Source: Octopus sinensis (Eukaryota). From it: a stretch of DNA of 64,000 nt. The DNA lies in NCBI RefSeq assembly GCF_006345805.1, contig NC_042997.1:13392001-13456000 (forward strand), given 5' to 3'. The notes below the pieces were generated by a model. That model was not told the origin of the DNA, did no database searches, and worked only from the letters and a program-made list of their open reading frames with translations. Positions within the stretch are counted from its first letter, which is position 1. Each line of letters opens with the position of its first letter. A program made the position numbers and the translations under genes. Positions 40,950-53,607 of this stretch are shown in pieces.

Positions 40950-41160
40950 GGTGGCGAGCTGGCAGAAACGTTAGCACGCCGGGTGAAATGCTTAACAGTA
41001 TTTCGTCTGTCTTTACGTTCTGAGTTCAAATTCCGCCGAGGTCGACTTTGCATTTCATCTTTCGGAGTCGATAACTTAAGTACCAGTTGCGTACTGTGGT
41101 AGATCTAATCGACTTGTCCCTCCACCAAAATTTCGGGCCTTCTGCCTAGAGTAGAAAAGA
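40950..41160 (+). mobile_element. SINE family D with a degenerate target-site duplication
   Basis: aatatttgtacgtcga (40933) and aatatttgtatgtgga (41160). Confidence 0.85.
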
Positions 41161-41271
41161 ATATTTGTATGTGGATTGATGAGTGGAAAAGGGGATAGTT
41201 ACTAGAAAAATCAAAGATAAAGTGAAGCAGAAAGAGAGGAATAAGCAATATCTCCCTATCTCTCTATATAT

Positions 41272-41375
41272 CTTGTTGTTGATGTTAAAATTCCAATGAA
41301 AGGCGCCTTGGATCTAGATTAGAAACTAGTTCTTTCTCTATTGGCAAGAAATCTTGAAATAAACTGAATAATGAC
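41272..41375 (-). repeat. Repeat family E copy
   Basis: Reverse complement of 3178-3280; followed by (CATA)n. Confidence 0.7.
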
Positions 41376-41447
41376 ATACATAAATGCATACATACATACA
41401 TACATTCATACACACACACACAACACACACACACACCACACACACAC

Positions 41448-41483
<36 letters not shown>

Positions 41484-41629
41484 CTTTATTTAAAGCAGCA
41501 GAAAATTCAACAAAACCTGTTACTCTGAGTTTCCCGTTGCCGTTCGTCGGACAGTTTTTGCATATTACTCTACCACTGGTATTTGAGTACTCTTTTTTCC
41601 ACCTTGTTTCACATTTATGTGTTTAATCC

Positions 41630-41632
<3 letters not shown>
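41484..41632 (-). mobile_element. Second copy of the hammerhead-bearing repeat, rearranged
   Basis: Hammerhead segment in the same orientation as at 16.5 kb; the other segment is inverted and on the opposite side. Confidence 0.7.
41513..41558 (-). ncRNA. Minimal type I hammerhead, U4->C core variant
   Basis: CUGU CCGACGA acgGCAAcgg GAAA CUC a GAG UA ACAG. Confidence 0.55.
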
Positions 41633-41669
<37 letters not shown>

Positions 41670-42056
41670 ATGGACAATAATAAATGTGTGCTTGTGCGTG
41701 TGTATATGTGTGTGTGTGTAAATGCACATACATGTATAGATATATGTATATAGACAAGATTATAGACGATAAGAAAATGGACAAATAAATAACAATGAGA
41801 AGTGTATCTTTGGTGTTATAAAGCCATTATTTAATTAATTAAGTAAGATGGGAGCATGTTAGAGTAAATTTACAGCTGCTTACGTCGTTTATCAGGCTGG
41901 GGCAAATATGTATTTACCTCGTTGCAGTTGATAAACATCATCAGAACGAAGAGACCAAAAATAAACAAAAGGGAACAGATAGAAAGAAAGTGTAAGGAAG
42001 AAAGCAAGGAGAAGAAAATGTTCAATAATTTGATAGTCTTACATTTTAGGTTCAAA

Positions 42057-42252
42057 GTTCAGTGAATCCGTTGTATGATAGATGAGAGAGAGAGTTAGTT
42101 GAATCTAAGGCCTCGTAATTAGTTATTAACTATTAGTTATTAACTAATTAGTTATTAACTAATAAGTTATTAGTTATTAGTTATTAACTAATTCCGAGGT
42201 CTTAGATTCAACTAACTCTCTTCTCCTCTATCATACAACGAATTCACTGAAC
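42057..42252. repeat. 196-bp near-perfect palindrome (foldback/MITE-like)
   Basis: gttcagtgaatccgttgtatgataga...tctatcatacaacgaattcactgaac with central tagttattaac repeats. Confidence 0.9.
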
Positions 42253-42334
42253 CATACATACTGAGGAAATTACCAGGATTGCCTCTGGATACATCCAGAG
42301 GCACTCCTGGAAAGATATACATAGAAAGATATAC

Positions 42335-43420
42335 ATGGCACTAGAGAGATATACATGGTGGCATAATCAAGTCCTCGGCGTCATAAGCGCAGCACTCAAG
42401 GTGAAGATTGAGAGGTACAATAGGGGAGAGTACCCAAAAGTAGAAAAGCGCAGGAAAGTATACTTCCACAAAGAGGGAAAAGGAAATAAAACCAGGCCTA
42501 CAAGTAAAGTATACGAGACAGACGAAAGATGGAAGGGATACTGGGAGGTGGCCGCGGACTTGGAAAGACAAGTAATATTTCCACTAATAAAAATAACAAA
42601 AAGACCGGATTTAGTCCTATGGAACAGAGACCGGAGAATAGGAATTTTACTAGAAATGACAGTACCTTGGGAAGAGAACATCGGCAATGCAGAGGAACGG
42701 AAGGAGAAGAGGTACGAAAAGCTAATCGAAGAATGCAGAGAACAGGGATGGAATGTCGAATAATATCACCTGGCAGTGGAGGCTAGAGGCTTCATTGAAA
42801 GGAAAATGATAACTCTTTTCAAAAGAAGATTTGTTTTTTCTAGCTCCGAGTTGCGAAAACTAATATGGAGAATACAGGAGGCGGTCGAAAAAGCCAGCTT
42901 CTATATATGGCTGAAGCGGGAAGACCGAAAATGGCTTGAAAGTCATAACATGCCGGCGGGAAATAACATCACTAGGTGAGACAAGCTGACACTGAATCAA
43001 CTTCGCTGACTGATAGGTGACGGTCGTTTAGAAAATGCGCGGGCTAAAACTACGCGTCTTCACTAGTCAGTTAAGGTGAGACAGTGTCAGTGACAACTTG
43101 CTGGGGCTGACTGCTGGAGCCTAGCGGCAGGTATTTAAAGGGAAAAATTTAACAAGTCAGTCAGTCACCGGCTGACACTCGCTGACGATACATCGAAGAG
43201 GCCAGGGAACAGAAGAAAGAAGAAAGAAGACATGCACCCAACACCAGAGCTGAAGACACCTCCGAAAGGAGGGGGCCCCACCACGTCGAAACGGTAGAGG
43301 AGTAGGGGCCGAAACCGGTCGTGGTTCCTCCTGATGATGTCTTGAGCTAACTGGATTCTATAAATGAGCTGTTGTGGTAGCAGACCACGAAACACGGTTG
43401 TAATTCCTATCCCTTAGATG
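42335..43420 (+). mobile_element. 5'-truncated HERO-type RLE non-LTR retrotransposon (endonuclease domain plus 3' UTR)
   Basis: RYTWWHNQVL, KRPDLVLW, LEMTVPWEE, EKRYEKLIEECREQGW, VEARGF, AVEKASFYIW; one in-frame TAA at 42761; 3' boundary uncertain. Confidence 0.85.
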
Positions 43421-43753
43421 GTTTTCATACATATAACATATCTTATAGACATGATTATACGTGTATGTGTGGTGGTGTAGGTATAAAATCCCTGCGATAA
43501 TATATCTACCAGTAGGGCAGTAGAATGTAGAGTTAGGTTGTTTAATCCACAACTATGATTCCGCCATTTTATCACTTCTGTATAATTGTGCTCTTCTCTC
43601 GGAACATTTAAAACCGCTACACGCTTTACCTCACTTGTTTATCGCTCCCTATTTCGAGGCAGGTTTATTTTTAGTTTGTTGTTAGTTCCAATACCTACCG
43701 TGATAGATGAAAATCCGCGAAGTAGAAACAATACTGTACTGTATTCACTTGTA

Positions 43754-44159
43754 CTCTTTTACCTGTTTCAGTCATTTGACTGCGGCCATATTGGAGCACT
43801 GCGTTTAGACGAGTAAATCGACCCCAGGACTTATTCTCTGGAAGCCTAGTACTTCATCTATTGGTTTCTTTTGCCGAACCGCTAAGTTACGGGGACGTAA
43901 ACACACCAGCATCGGTCTCAAGCGATGTTGGGGGACAGGCACAGATACACATACATATACACACATACATACATATATATTTATATACATATATACGACG
44001 GGTTTCTTTCAGTTTCCGTCTACCAAATCCAATCACAAGCCTTTGGTCGGCCCGAGGCTATAGTAGAAGACACTTGCCCAAGGTGCTACGCAGTGGGACA
44101 GAACCTGGAACCATGTGGTTGGTAAGCAAGCTACTTACCACACAACCACTCCTGTGCCT
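43754..44159 (-). mobile_element. SINE family A, full length
   Basis: Reverse complement of 2318-2760. Confidence 0.85.
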
Positions 44160-44169
44160 ATTATTATTA

Positions 44170-44202
<33 letters not shown>

Positions 44203-45073
44203 CATCATTATTATTATCGGGTGAATGTACCAAGGATGGCACGTATGAATGACGAAGCCACCTTGAGCATAGTCCTATGAACCCAGAAATTGAAAACAGA
44301 GGGTTACCCACTTGCAAACAAATGTGGTAACATATAACAATATTGACCAAGGTTACCGTGGTCTTTTTCGTAGGCTTTTCTTCCCACGGATAAACCTTAC
44401 TTGCTTTCCCCTTTACACCATATATCATAACACTATGATACACGATCCCTATTGATCGTTCCTTTTTTTTTTCTCTTCCCCTTTTTTTCCCCTTTTTCTC
44501 CTTTTTTCATTTCTCTTTTCTTTTGTTCCTTCCCCTTTTTTTTTGTTCTTTTCTTCCCTTTTACGATCCCTCTTGATCGAAAACCTACGCCACCCCCTTT
44601 TTTCATCCCCCAAAAGAAAAGCTCTACCTTGTAACTTGTCCCATCTGTGTGCAGCCCTGTGTGGCCAATAAAGAAACTTATTATTATCATCATTATAGTT
44701 TGTATATATTTATTTTATTATAAATGCAAAGCAACACCACGGAGAAATCGACGTAAGCTTTAATGAGAAACCGCGATTGGTGAAATGCGGTAGGTGAACC
44801 GCAATATGGCAAGGGATTAACGTATTTCATTCTACTTCCTACGCCCAATTTGTACTACTACTCCCCTATAAAATTTATTTTAAATGTTAATATTGCAGCC
44901 TAATAAATTTATTCTAGAAGCCTCTTCTAGTCTGTATTTAATTTAGGTTCAAATACTGTGATGTTTTCTGTTTTTGGTTTTTGACCTTTTTACTCATTAA
45001 ATAACATTTGAAAAGCGTAGATTCAAAATTTACCTCTACATTACGTATACTTCTGCAGGGCCACAATATACAT

Positions 45074-45110
<37 letters not shown>

Positions 45111-45111
<1 letters not shown>

Positions 45112-45542
45112 CTTTTACTCTTTTACTTGTTTCAGTCATTTGACTGCGGCCATGCTGGAGCACCGCCTTAGTTGAGCAAATCGACCCCGGGACTTATTCT
45201 TGTAAGCCCAGTACTTATTCATCGGTCTCTTTTGCCGAACCGCTAAGTGATGGGGACGCGTAAACCACCCAGCATCGGTTGTCAAGCAATGCTAGGGGGA
45301 CAAACACAGACACACAGACACACACACACACACACACACACCACACACACATAATATATATATATATATATATATATACGACAGGCTTCTTTCAGTTTCC
45401 GTCTGCCAAATCCACTCACAAGACATTGGTCGGCCCGGGGCTATAGCAGAAGACACTTGCCCAAGATGCCACGCAGTGGGACTGAACCCGGAACCATGTG
45501 GTTGGTTAGCAAGCTACTTACCACACAGCCACTCCTGCGCCT
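45111..45542 (-). mobile_element. SINE family A, full length
   Basis: Reverse complement of 2318-2760, very similar. Confidence 0.9.
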
Positions 45543-45868
45543 ATATATATATATATATATAATTCCTACACAATTATTTTAACTTGAATCACATTAAAAT
45601 TCAGTGGACATTTGTGAAACAAGGTAGCATTAACGAAAAAATTGGACAACCATGTTTTAAAAGGAAGCAGATTATTTAGAACACAACTTCTCCTCATTAT
45701 ACAAAATATCAACAGGTGTTGCTAAAATATAATAAATAGTTATTGTGTCATGTACAGCTATTATAGTTTTGATGGAAACAACTTGTAAAATCATTACTAT
45801 ATACACATATACACATATATAGATATATATATATGTAAATGTATACATATGTGCTGGCGTGTGTGTAC

Positions 45869-45911
<43 letters not shown>

Positions 45912-46297
45912 ATATATATTATATATCATTATATATATATATAATGTATTATACGTATAATATATTGTGTGTGTGTGTGTGTATTTATATATATATATTG
46001 TGTGTATGTATACATATATATTCACACACACACGTATATTCATGTATGAAGCATACACACATTTATGCTTCCATACATCCGCCCCTTACATATGTACCAT
46101 AATCTATGTTCGGATGTACAAACAAGAAAAAGATTACATGTAGCTGAGTTTGTTCATTTGTTATTCATCTTTTGATTTATCATTTTGGCACCTGAACGAT
46201 TGCAAGCAGCTAGAAACACTACACTAAAAAAAACAACGAAATCATGCGACAAGTTGTTTTCCAAATAAATATTCGTGGAAAATTTTTGTTTTTTTAA

Positions 46298-46510
46298 TAT
46301 TCTTTTCTACTCTAGGCACAAGGCCCAAAATTTTGGGGAAGGGAGAAGTCGATTAGATCGAATCCAGTACGAAACTGGTAATTAATGTATTGACCCCCGA
46401 AAGTATGACAAAGTCGACCTCGGCAGAACTTGAACACAGAACGTAAAGACAGACGAATTACTGCTAGGCATTTCGTCCGGCGTGCTAACGTTTCTACCAG
46501 TTCGCCGCCA
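46298..46510 (-). mobile_element. SINE family D
   Basis: Reverse complement of 40950-41160; tttttaatatt on both flanks. Confidence 0.85.
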
Positions 46511-46599
46511 TTTCTGCATTTTTAATATTAAGTGGGGTCTGGAGCAAGTGCCATTGCTGATGCCCTATTTCAATTCCTTACTGATTAGATGGATACCGC

Positions 46600-48330
46600 A
46601 TAAATTGCATCATGTAGAAGCAAGTAAGACATATTCAAGAAGTGAAAACATTGAAAACTGGTCAGGCGTATACAGAATCTCTAATGCATCTCTTCAATAT
46701 GTTATCATTGATGTCACAAAGCAACAAATTCTCCTGCTCCACGTGACAACACTCGTTTATACTATTCCACAGAACAGCTACACTGCTGATAATACATGAG
46801 GGCATCTGTAACCAGAAATTGTTGCATGTACTATTTTAACTACCTCTGACATAAAAACACTTTCGTTTCCATTGACCGTTATTATCAATACCTCCTTCAA
46901 AAAACAGCACAAAAACCTGACATGTAAATTGCATGGCCTATCTATATATATAAAACTCTAGTTGTGTGAGTGTCTGTCCCCTTCGATTTAGATTCCTAAC
47001 TCCTCCCACATTTTGCGGTGCAGTTTAACCAAATTCGGGTATCTTAAAGTCGTGATTCATATCGAGCCCGTCTGACTATTAGCGCGCGTCAACGATGAGT
47101 CTACGATTTTAAAAATAATTTAACATCATTTTTTATTCCATTTTAATACATAAAATGCATCGTGTGTCGATGGCGCGGAGTTGGCGTCCATGGTCACACC
47201 TGCACCTGTTTGCTTCTCCCCCTTCTTCGCTCCCTCGTGAAGCTGTGGGGAAGGGAGTGTAAAGAAATCAACGTCGTAATGCGTTGTGAAGGAGACCAGC
47301 GTTCTTTTAGAACAACGACTTCATGGCTTGAAGACACCAAAACAAAAATGGCTAAGAAAGCCCGAATTTATAAGGGAAGTAACTCTCTAAAAATGCTTAT
47401 ATAGTTATTTCCCTTACAAACCCGAGCAACGCCGGGCGATACTGCTAGTACTCTATAAAACTATAACACCCTGAATTTGCTATCGTTTAAAAGTGGGTAG
47501 CAGATGCGTCTGTCCCCTCTTGAAATCTTTATAACCTATGTCTACACGACTTTCCCCAATATTCCTTAATAGACACACACTGTCTCAGGCACAGATGAAA
47601 TCACAGCTACGTCTTCCCACTATTCTCCATACTTAGCTATACATCTATTTCAACTCAGTAAAAAATCACCAAGAAATCTGGGCTTAAGGATACGACGTGG
47701 CACCGACCGTATTTACTGCCTTGTTAGTAGCACTCCATAGTACCAAATACACCAAGCCATCAAACTGACCAGCACACAGAAGACAAATGTACTAGGAGTT
47801 ACTTGTAATTTTTTCATTACGTTCACAACACTGATGCAATAAAAATAAAGCCAAACAAGGCAGAAACATATGACAGCAGAGACATACGGAAGTACATAAC
47901 TAATGGAAAGAAACAACAACTGTGTACAAAATAAAATTTTCAGATTCGTTAAATATTATATCTGCCACGTTTGGACGCTCATTCACTCCTCCGCCAAACA
48001 CAAAAGATTGCAAAGGCCTCATGATATTATTCCAATTTACACAAAGGCAACACATATCAGCCACCCTGAAATCGAATCAAAAGTACAGAAAGTGGTTTTG
48101 AAAATTACTTGCTGCTATAAACTTGAGCCCTTCACAGCCCCTTTGAGTAAATAAGATATCGGCCAGACACATCTATAACACCAGTGAACACTTCTGCAAC
48201 ACACTCTTAAAATCCCGATATTTACAACTCAGTACACACGAAGAGAGAAGAAAATATACAAGCAGAAATATATGTACCAACAATAGTCTCATTAGCCAAA
48301 GCAATGTGCTGGGATGTACACAGCCAATAA
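46600..48330 (+). mobile_element. Old I/Jockey-group LINE RT remnant, split by a Helitron
   Basis: Frame-broken SPL...Y.......VS..DEITATSS, TNVLGVT, KETTTVYK..YY..HVWT, KRLQR motifs. Confidence 0.5.
46941..47448 (+). mobile_element. Non-autonomous Helitron, long variant
   Basis: A|TC...cccgagcaacgccggg...CTAG|T. Confidence 0.9.
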
Positions 48331-48776
48331 TGAATACAAAGGAATAACAACTGTCGTGTCCTGTGCGTCTTCAGATTGCTCGCCTTATATGTATCCTCTA
48401 TTATGAATTTAAAAAGATGAAAAAAATATGGATAAAACGACGTTGGGGTAGTGGTTGCTGGTATACTTTTGATTAAAGGTCAGGTCAGACAGAAGTGGTC
48501 AAACGATGTAAAGAAAGGGAAGGATAACCATCCACCGTCTCTCAAGACAAAATTAAATATATGCTAAAGATGCCTTTTTTAAAATACTGTCAGGAGTATG
48601 GAATGTGTATCTTCAGTATACACGCGCATACTCACCTACACAAAAATAAGTATCAAACACGTTTATATGCAATACATATTGTGTGTGTGTGTGAGTATGT
48701 GCGTGCGGGTGTGAGTGTGTGTGTGTACTTATATTTTGTTTATTCTTATATTCTATTAATGGTTCCAGTTTTGCTG

Positions 48777-48984
48777 TCATTTTAAAGCCAAAAGTTGGTT
48801 TATGATTGAGTTTGTAGCTGCTGACCTTCCATAAGTGTATGGTTGAATGGCTGACTGATCTGGTATTGTCGTTAGGAGTTCATCCAATTTTTCTATTTTT
48901 TTTAATGTTTCAATAAATGTCCCTTTATATTTCCTATTTCCGATTTCAATAGGTTGGCAGTTGAAATAACACCGGCCCCGCCAC

Positions 48985-48986
<2 letters not shown>
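48777..48986 (-). mobile_element. CR1-group LINE 3' end
   Basis: KLDELLTTIPDQ...GRSAATNSIINQL*. Confidence 0.7.
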
Positions 48987-49030
<44 letters not shown>

Positions 49031-49035
49031 ATATA

Positions 49036-49082
<47 letters not shown>

Positions 49083-49127
49083 GTATATATATATATGTAT
49101 GCATACATATATGTATAAATTATATAT

Positions 49128-49193
<66 letters not shown>

Positions 49194-49719
49194 CATGCAT
49201 ACTTATACACACACACATATATATATCTATATATATGTATATGTATATATATATACATAAATGTGTAATGGTGTCTCTCTGTGTGTTTGGGGGTGACTCT
49301 AACTCTTGCTACACGTCTAAACGATTTTAATGATTTTTGGCACATAAGTATCACATACCTTGAAGTTCAAATAAAGCCGGAATTTTTCGAAAACTCAATT
49401 ATGCTCAGTCGGCATCGATTTTTGTGAGCTCAGTCCGACGTTTGAATGGAAATTTCTATAACGGTGTTTTTTTGATGAAAAGCGATGAGTGACCGAGGCT
49501 CATGGCTTTGAGCTGATATCAGTATATGGCGTTGACAAATAATCGATAATTGCGCCTGAGTAGTGGTTTTATAAAATCAATAGGCTTTTTGCGTGCAAAT
49601 ATCCATAAGGATATTTTTGCCGTAACTTTTATATTTTCATGTAAATGGTCACATGTATTCAATTTTATGACTGGATGCTGGTTTGGGTGAGTGCCATACT
49701 GGGTTACAACGTCCATAGA

Positions 49720-50690
49720 TTGACGCAAACCCCAAGTCTTACTTCGACCTCCTCGTGGTACCACCTGGATGTAAATGATCAGGAGAGGACAACAGTGGGA
49801 GCCCTTAGCGAAGTTCGGCCTCCAAAGTAAGGCAGCCTGAAAGAACATAGTACCGGATATACCCTATATTGGTCAGGCAAACCCCTTTCAGATAGACGCC
49901 TTTCAGGTGTCAGGTTCATGATAAAGAACCCCAACACCTCCAAGTTGTAAACCCTACAAGTAGATCACTCTGACCGCATCATTTCCATGAGCCTCCTTCT
50001 GAAAAACCAGCAGCATGCCAAGACTTTTGGCGTTTATTACCCGACCCTCCCAGCAGACCCAGCAATGACAGTTTCTACTCAGAGCTGTGCAGATTCCTCC
50101 AGGGAACCCCTGTCCATGATCAGGCCATAATCTTCGGATGTAAGCTGAGATTCGAAATCCTGGAAAGGAAAACATGGGCACTGCAATGACAACGGGCATC
50201 TCTTGATTGAGTTCTGCACCAAATATCATCTCGTCATCACCAATACTATCTTCCAACAAGGAGAATTGGATGCATCTCTGGTCAAAACGCACGCACCTCC
50301 TACGTACTAGTGCGCGAACGAGACCAGTCTGACGTCATGGACTCCAGAGTGATGCCTAGCACAGAAAGTCATACTGACCATCGCCTCGTCCGTTGCAAAC
50401 TCAAACCCATTTCAAGAACCAAACCCAAAAGAGAGAGAATCGGCCAACAGGAAAATCAAAACTAGCGATCTGCAGTTAAACGAAGTGTAAGTAAACTTTC
50501 AGGTAGGCCTATAGGCAAAGTGCGATCAATCCAGTTACCACTCAGATCCCTCTCCAGAAATCCTATGGGAGCAACTGAAAATCCCCAACCTACAGACATC
50601 TGCAAAATTCCTAAAGCTTACGAAGAAAAAGGACATGGATTTGTCTGACGAAAACGATGTATTGATCCAGGAAGTCCTTCTCTATTCTGT
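49720..50690 (+). mobile_element. RTE-clade LINE AP-endonuclease fragment
   Basis: ALSEVR...GSLKEH.TGYTLYWSG; SDRIISM; CNDNGHLLIEFCT...LVITNTIFQQ; TDHRLVRCKL. Confidence 0.85.
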
Positions 50691-50865
50691 GGATCAATGA
50701 GAAGATCATTGATAGAATTTTTGAAAGATTCTCAATATGACTACACGCATATAAATGTACTTTCGCACAATGCAATGGAAATGAATTTGAGTAATTGTTA
50801 ACAGGATTTACTTTAAGGTATGGATGAATTAAGTTTAGTTTAACTCACCCCCATTCTTATAAACA

Positions 50866-51254
50866 GGAGGCGCAATGGCCCAGTGGTTAGGGCAGCGGAC
50901 TCGCGGTCATAGGATCGCGGTTTCGATTCCCAGACCGGGCGTTGTGAGTGTTTATTGAGCGAAAACGCCTAAAAGCTCCACGACGCTCCGGCAGGGGATG
51001 GTGGTGATCCCTGCTGTACTCTTTCACCACAACTTTCTCTCACTCTTACTTCCTGTTTCTGTTGTACCTGCATTTCAAGGGGCCGGCCTTGTCACTCTCT
51101 GTGTCACGCTGAATATCCCCGAGAACTACGTTAAGGGTGCACGTGTCTGTGGAGTGCTCAGCCACTTACACGTTAATTTCACGAGCAGGCTGTTCCGTTG
51201 ATTCGGATCAATCGGAACCCTCATCGTCGTAACCGACGGAGTGCTTCCATCATC
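50866..51254 (+). mobile_element. tRNA-derived SINE family B
   Basis: ggaggcgcaatggcccagtggttagggcagcggactcgc...gtttcgattccc. Confidence 0.85.
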
Positions 51255-51761
51255 TTATAAACACCAAGTAGCTATTTATCTCGCTTTGTGATAGTGTGTG
51301 CACCAAAACATTGGTGTGCTGATGCTTGTATGAGCGAGTGTACACGCGCCATGTAGCTTGTCCGAGGGCGTTTATACATCCATATCTCTTAACGGTTACT
51401 TTTATCAATTTACTCGCTGTATCGCGCGTTCGTTTCTTTTTTGCATCTGATTTCATTTTTGATCTTCGATATAAATGAAGATGTTTCCTTCGTTTTTGCT
51501 GCATTTCTTTCTACGAAATAAGATGACACATTGCGGAGCTGTTATTTTAATGAGTTGTATCTATTTATCACCCTATGAGAGAAATCTGCACCGCTGGATG
51601 CTTCTTAACTAGTAGTTAAGTATCCCACCCGTGAGGGATCGATGTGTTGGAACAATTGTCGTGATTAATAATTAAGATTTCTCGTATAGTATATTATATA
51701 TATATAGAAGTGTTAAAGATTTATTATAAAGCTTATTATATACATATATATATATTTGATA

Positions 51762-52106
51762 GGCGCAGGCGTAGCTGTGTGGTAAGGAGCTTTCTTCCCA
51801 ACCACATGGTTCCGGGTTCAGTCCCGCTGCATGACACTTTGTATAAGTGTCTTCCACTATATTGTTGGGCCGACCATGCGTTATGAGTGGATTTGGTAGA
51901 CGGAAACTGAAAGAAGCACTTTCTGATATGTGTGTGTGAGTGTTTACGTGTGTTCGTGTATGTTTATGTGCGTCTGTTCCACCACCATCACTTGGCAACC
52001 GATGCTGGTATGTTTATGTCCCCATTACCTACAGATTCTGCAAAATAGCCCTATAGAACAAGTACAAGAAAAATACCTTTAATTCGTTGCTCCAGCATGA
52101 CAGCAG
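51762..52106 (+). mobile_element. SINE family A (diverged)
   Basis: ggcgcaggcgtagctgtgtggtaag head; ccagcatga tail. Confidence 0.8.
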
Positions 52107-52505
52107 AAAAAAATTCAGAAACAAATAAAAGAATAAAAGAATATATATATATTTGTGACTTCTGCGTGCGTCTGTACATTTACATGTAGTTTTGCTGCTA
52201 CACGAGTTAGTGGCCATACACATGCGTCTGTATGTAAAATAGGTTGGGAAACACTGCTCTGATCAATAATTTACCAGGGAATGATTTGAAGGTTTTGTTT
52301 AAAGAATTCGTCTTAACAATAGTTCCTTTCACTTGTCCAAAGTATATTCACATACAGACATACTTGTACCAAATTGTGCACGTATACATATTCCATATGT
52401 AGAACACAATTTATGCAAATTAGTTTTTAACTTCTCCCTAGCTTTTGCTCCTGTATTTCTATAAACTGTGTGTGTGGGTATGTATGCGTTCGTGTGTCTG
52501 TGTGT

Positions 52506-52550
<45 letters not shown>

Positions 52551-52778
52551 CTCTCTCTTTCTCTCTTTCTCTCTCCCGGTATGTGTGTGTGTATTAATTG
52601 TGTTGAAAATACTATCCGAGGAAACAGAAAATTAAAACAGATATTCGCATAGACTCGAAAATGCATACAAATTTTTAGTGAATATTTGATTATGAGTTAT
52701 AGGAAATCTAATTCTTAAGTCAGCGCTTTATATATAACTACTCTATTCACATGAGTACATAGACACAAGTTAAGTGTT

Positions 52779-52817
<39 letters not shown>

Positions 52818-52902
52818 TTGTATGTATATATATATAGTATATATATATACATACATATATATATACATAAATAATAACTATATATAATATATTGTGTGGT
52901 AT

Positions 52903-52975
<73 letters not shown>

Positions 52976-53607
52976 ATATATATCCGTGCTGCATCTCGGA
53001 TTTTTTTGGGTCAGGAACAGGTCGCGGATTTTAGCGACGAAAATATTTTGACAAATTAAACTTAGATGTTGAAGTGAATCGAACGGCTTTGTGTGTGTTC
53101 TTAATGGCTTACAAACACCTTCCACGCTGCAATTGTTTCGTTTCAGCACACGACCTCATCAAATCACTTGCTATCGAGTACATCTCCCTATATATATATA
53201 TATTATATTATATAATATATATATAATATATATTCATATATATATATATATATATAGATAATAATATATATATATATTAATATTATATACATATATATAG
53301 ATAGATAGATTATGTGTGTGTGTGTTTGCGTATGTGTGTTAGTGTGTGTGCAATCGAAATTTAAAGAAAAACAAAAGATGATGACAGGTGTATGAACAAC
53401 AAGCAAGTGTAATAGTTTGAAGCTCGGTAAAGTGAGAAATTCTTTTACGTTTCAGGCCTACGCTATTCAACAGAAAGCTATAAGGGAAAATAAACAGAGA
53501 GAGAGGATAAAAACAACTTGTGGATTTAGCGGTCAAGCATGTGTGTATATATATATATACACACACGGTGGGGTCAGAAACATATATACTTATATATATA
53601 TACATAT

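Noticed and set aside
43274-43330. HDV-like ribozyme fold starting at GGCCCC
   Set aside because: No P3/L3 with UCC and no GG after the P1 3' strand
50866-50940. tRNA-like heads (also 9168, 13630, 58703, 62390) as real tRNA genes
   Set aside because: No complete cloverleaf or acceptor stem; each continues into a SINE body
52240-52262. ggttgggaaacactg, a hAT-like terminal inverted repeat
   Set aside because: No partner TIR or 8-bp TSD found
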